DNA from: Macrostomum lignano
Lineage: Eukaryota
Assembly (NCBI GenBank): GCA_002269645.1
Contig: NIVC01003375.1
Location: forward strand, 1 to 64,000
Direction: 5' to 3'
DNA length: 64,000 bases
Below are positions 59,757 to 64,000 of the stretch, piece by piece (position 1 is the stretch's first letter; every line of letters starts with the position of its first letter). The notes under the pieces are model-generated. The model made no database searches, had not been told where the DNA came from, and saw only the letters and a list, made by a program, of their open reading frames with translations. Made by a program: the position numbers and the translations under genes.

Positions 59757-60240
59757 TAGTCCAGATCATACTAGGTGCATACCTGAACAAAAATTGAATA
59801 GTTATAAATGTATGCCAAAAAATTTAGTGCATGCCCATTCTCAAAAATATATTGGTATTGCAACAATAAATGACCTTTTATGTTATGACAATAAATGACT
59901 TTTTTAATTGCATAATAGATAATTTGGTTGATTTTTATGCTTTTTTGGCAATACTATTTACAAATTTACAGTATAAAATTGATACATGCAAAGATTTGTT
60001 TCAATGCTTTTAACAAGCTTGAAAAAACTAGAAAGCTTAAAATTTATACTTAATAAATAATTTTTTTTCATTTTTTTCTACTTTATAATAACATTTACAT
60101 ATGATTCTATAAAGTGCATGCCAGGTATGCATGCATGCTATTTTCTTAAGAGTGATGCATGCCAACTATGCACGCCTAATTTTGAAGTGGAAGGCCAATG
60201 CATGCCCAATTTTTTGGCATATACTACATGATCTGGAGTG
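59757..60240. mobile_element. Third, more diverged member of the TAGTCC(R)GA MITE family
   Basis: tagtccagatcat... / ...atgatctggag termini. Confidence 0.45.
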
Positions 60241-61404
60241 TGGAATATGCAATTGTTTGAAAGTAAATTTTGAATTAAGTAATTGTAAATAAAGAAATAT
60301 TAGATTTGATTAATGAAGTCACTAACTGATGTATTCTGATATATTTGATGTACAGTGTATATAGAGATTCTGATGTATATAATATTTAATTAACAGGATG
60401 TCTCAGCTTGTATGCATCTAGTATACCTGGAAATTAAAATAAAAATACATTATTTTAAAATACACAAAGCTTTTAGCATCAATCCAAATCTCAAAGTTTG
60501 CAAGAACATATCTCAACTATTTTTTGTCATTTTTTCTTTAAAGTTTGTTTGCAAAATCTTTTTTGAGCATATCAATCAATATGGCAAAATCAAAAAATTA
60601 GGAGCAAGTTTTTTGAAAATTCATTTTTTGTGTTTTGAAAGCAGTAAAGCTATAAAATAAATTTAGCTTAGTTTAAGAAGTTAAAATTTTTCTATCCATT
60701 ATCTGTGGATATCTTATTTAAAACTATTTGTGTCCAATTGGAACTTTTCACTTGGGTCTATTCTGTTTTTAAGAATTGAAAAATATGAGACTAGCTGCAT
60801 GGCCTTTGCTTTTGCTTTTTTTCAGTGGAGGAGATAACTAAAAAGATCACCAACTTGATTTGATTAGTTGGCTTAGCAGAAAACTTCTTTAAGGCAATCT
60901 GAATAGTTTTTCTTTTCAGGCTAAGTAGATAAATTAGAGTAAATTTTTCAACTGGAAACCTTGTATAAAAGGTATAGCCATAGGTGGTTTCTTTTGAAAT
61001 CATAAATTTTGTACATATAGCCATAAAGAGTAGCTATTTTCCATAGACTTGTCTATAGCTTCCATAAATACAAATACATTTAGTTTCAGTAAGGTACCAT
61101 GGCAAAACAAAAAATATTATCAGCATAATAAATATAGCATTTTTCAAACCAATTGAAAAACACTGTGAAACCTATCAGTTAAACATTATAGTGCATTGTG
61201 CAGAAAAACTTTTTTACAGACATCATTTTTGGTCTCCAAAAGTTTACATTCTCAGCTGCAACCTAACAGCACAAATAGGTAAAACGAGTGATATAATAAC
61301 AGTTTATGCATTTTTATAACCATTGCCATTTATATTAAAGTTTTTGCATGAAAACAAGACACTGGTTGGTAGGAAACTGCTAAACTAGCAGCTGAGTTGA
61401 GTTC

Positions 61405-62191
61405 ATGCGTCTTGTCCAACAGATTGCTGCCAGTCTGTCTGCCTCTGCGCCCGATGGAGGCGGAGCGGCCGCATCTGCCGACCCGACTGCAGGCGCCAAG
61501 CGCAGCTTCAACTCCAGCAACTCCGACGATGACGACTCGCCGGCTACAAAGCGCAGCTTCGCTGGTCCCGGTGGCGACTCTGCAGCGGCAACAGCGGGAG
61601 CCGCCTCTGCTGTGACGCCCGCCAGCAGCGCCAAGTTGGCCGCCGCCGCCGCAGCAGCCGCCAAAATTAATGAGAAGCTCTGCGGCAGCGCCGCCGGCGG
61701 TGGTGCAGCTGCGGCCGCGGTGAAGCCGCCGATGCTGATGACCTCCCTGGCTGACGCGGCCCCTGCGGCGCCCAGCCACACTGTGGAGCACAAAATCCTC
61801 GACCGCTATGTCGGCCTGATGATTGGCCGGGGCGGCGAGACGATCACCAGGCTGCAGGCAGAGTCCGGCGCCCGCATCCAGATCAGCTCGGACAGCGTGG
61901 ACGGCACCCGCAATGTGACCATCTCGGGCGGGCAGGCCGAGGTCGAGCGGGCCAAGCGGATGATGGACGCCATGATTGCCGAGAAGGGTGGAGGCGGAGC
62001 CGGCGATCGGAGCCGAGGCGATCAGGCGCAGGAAAGCATCGAGATTAACATTCCGGCCTCTAAAGTTGGCCTATTGATTGGCCGAGCAGGCGAGAATATT
62101 AAAAGCTTACAGGAGAAATCCGGCGTCAAAATGATTTTGATTCAGGACGGCACAACGGCTTCGATGTCTGAGAAGCCGCTTAAGATAACTG
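61405..62191 (+). CDS. FUBP: Far-upstream-element-binding protein (FUBP/Psi/KHSRP family), KH1 and most of KH2; partial
   Basis: QQIAA, then VGLMIGRGGETITRLQAESGARIQI and VGLLIGRAGENIKSLQEKSGVKMILIQDG...KPLKITG; donor G|GTGAGT at 62192; possible acceptor caacag|ATT at 61422. Confidence 0.88.
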
Positions 62192-62768
62192 GTGAGTCGG
62201 AGAAATGCTACGCATGCATGCAACCGGTTAGAAGATAGAAGTTTGCTGTAGGGATTTTGGGTTCTGACGCGAATGAAATCGAGAGTCAGCCCCCAGCCAG
62301 GCAGGTGGCAAAGTCTTGTCAGTCACATACAAGATGTACAACAACCCCCGACTTTCTTATTGTGAGCCAAATCATGGTTTGTACACTACATTATAAATAA
62401 AAAATTTTGCTACTCATAATCAAGCAGGAAGCTCTAAATGATAAAGTAGTCTTATAGGAGGAAAACAGCTCGTTTTTTGGAAATTTGAAAGTTCCTTTCA
62501 GGTGAAGTAAATATATACGCTTTTATTTTGTTTAAGCCGTCAAGATTGACTTGTGTTTTAATAAACACTGGTCGGTTGCCATGGATTTTATTTAATTAAC
62601 TTCTGCTGTCAGCTAATCAGATGACAGATGAATTCACAGCAGAATGGAACAGTGGGTTAATATCATAATATTTGTAGTAATGTTTGCTCAAAACATTGGG
62701 TAATGTTAATTTACTTATATACGAGTATTGCATATAAAAAAACTAAATAGATGATGCTTTTTAATGGT

Positions 62769-64000
62769 TTATTCATATTCGCTGAAGCAGTGACAGCCGT
62801 CAATCCAACTACCGGTACTTGACTTGATATTCACGCGACCCCTGGTCAGCACAAACCTGCTTGGACGCTTTGGACGCAGCAGTCCCATTGGACTCCAACG
62901 CGACATAGCGTACTGTTGGGACACGTACGTGACAAATATTGCCTGTCGAACTTCGACATTCTCTTGCAGTACCGCTATCTGCTGAGTGAGCAGTCCGACG
63001 CCAAAGTTGAGCAGGAACACCGCTACCCACAAGTAAACAACTGCCTGAGGCCACAGCACTAGGTAGTCGCTAATTCCGCTGAATTCACCCAAGGTAAAGG
63101 TGTAACGGAACGTCCGACCCAAATAGTCCATCGCGCAGACCCAGGAGAAGCTCTGGCAGGTGACGTAAGGCTGATTGAGCAGCATAGTGAAGCCAACAAG
63201 AAGCAGAGGCAGGCAGATGATGTATATCAGCGTTACGCAGGCATTAAGGCAGTGCAGCACATAGAACACAGTTTGGCAGTGACCGGCCATCTTGCAGGCA
63301 AACAGCAGCATCATCATCACCATGAACTCTGTATCGATTATAAATACAAGCTGCAGTCTCACAGACTCCACAAACCAGTCACTGCCCACCTGGAAATAGC
63401 TGCCTGGGTCCAGAAAAAATAGCTGCTCCAGCACTAGCGCTGCGATCTGGATGCCAAAGAATCCTAGCATGACGCCCTCAAATATGCAGCCCCGCAGAGT
63501 TGCGAAGCCCTTAATCCATAGCAGGCCCTTCCATCTCTGACGCATCAGCTTCGGCGTGGCGTAGTGATTGATGAATCCGGCCGCAATCCAGTACAATCCG
63601 GCAAGAATTGTAAACACCTGGATTGATATTCTAATGTAAAATAAGTAGCGATAGCTTGCAATGAATTCAGGGGACACGACATCAATAAAGGCCAAGCTGT
63701 AGTTCTTCTGGCCCGGGATTTTCACCTGCACGCTCGAGTTGAAGGTGTTCATAGTAAATATTCTGATATTAAGTGTGGCCAGCAGGAAAATAAACGTCAG
63801 CGTGTTGAACGCCAGCGAAATCAAAGTGGCCAGTTGGTACTGCGCATTGTTGCCGATGCTGCTAAAGTACGCTTGTGCAACAGGACTTTTGAAGAAGCAC
63901 AAGTAACTTGGTGGCAGTTTGTCTCCAATGAGCTGCTGTGCGCTTAAAACGAATTTCACGAACGGAGACTTTAGGAAGCGATCTCCACCAGAGCTGGAGT
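62769..64000 (-). CDS. Divergent TRP-like multi-pass cation channel, transmembrane region; 5'-truncated by window edge
   Basis: Frame open to position 64000; about six hydrophobic helices; pore-like TFRYTFTLGEF; S6-like VFLLNFGVGLLTQQIAVLQEN resembling TRP LLNLLIA..; no introns in view. Confidence 0.6.
   Translation of the reverse strand, partial: SSSGGDRFLKSPFVKFVLSAQQLIGDKLPPSYLCFFKSPVAQAYFSSIGNNAQYQLATLISLAFNTLTFIFLLATLNIRIFTMNTFNSSVQVKIPGQKNYSLAFIDVVSPEFIASYRYLFYIRISIQVFTILAGLYWIAAGFINHYATPKLMRQRWKGLLWIKGFATLRGCIFEGVMLGFFGIQIAALVLEQLFFLDPGSYFQVGSDWFVESVRLQLVFIIDTEFMVMMMLLFACKMAGHCQTVFYVLHCLNACVTLIYIICLPLLLVGFTMLLNQPYVTCQSFSWVCAMDYLGRTFRYTFTLGEFSGISDYLVLWPQAVVYLWVAVFLLNFGVGLLTQQIAVLQENVEVRQAIFVTYVSQQYAMSRWSPMGLLRPKRPSRFVLTRGRVNIKSSTGSWIDGCHCFSEYE

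Overview
Eukaryotic, intron-containing genomic DNA from an invertebrate. The GC-rich, poly-Ala/poly-Gln coding style and minisatellite-filled introns suggest a free-living flatworm such as Macrostomum; this is inference only. Genes supported from the sequence: (1) an intronless DEG/ENaC channel (+, 6340-8133); (2) an unidentified spliced ORF (-, ~8680-9916); (3) a multi-exon HCN/Ih channel (-, 13729 to at least 25697, probable first coding exon ~30125-30287) carrying three tandem 150-nt alternative exons for the S4-S5 linker/S5/turret, an SIGYG filter and a GC-AG intron; (4) a small two-exon MGCxxS protein (+, 36258-37071) bracketed by inverted (TCTG)n/(CAGA)n tracts; (5) a secreted 2x discoidin + F-type-lectin-like protein (+, 38225-45888) with a 1-nt frameshift; (6) an ankyrin-repeat/Mab-21 (cGAS-like receptor) fusion (-, 46766-50511); (7) MOB2 (-, 52541-53297); (8) a FUBP/Psi KH-domain gene (+, from ~61405); (9) a divergent TRP-like channel on the opposite strand, apparently inside a FUBP intron (-, 62769 to window end). 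Also present: five copies of a tRNA-derived SINE, a decayed Gypsy gag, a decayed MULE (PHD-FLYWCH-transposase), nested MITE/hAT-like elements and about 20 distinct tandem repeats. The most striking observations are the HCN triple exon cassette and the ankyrin-cGLR. Exon boundaries were read by eye from GT/GC-AG signals and frame continuity; no database searches were run.
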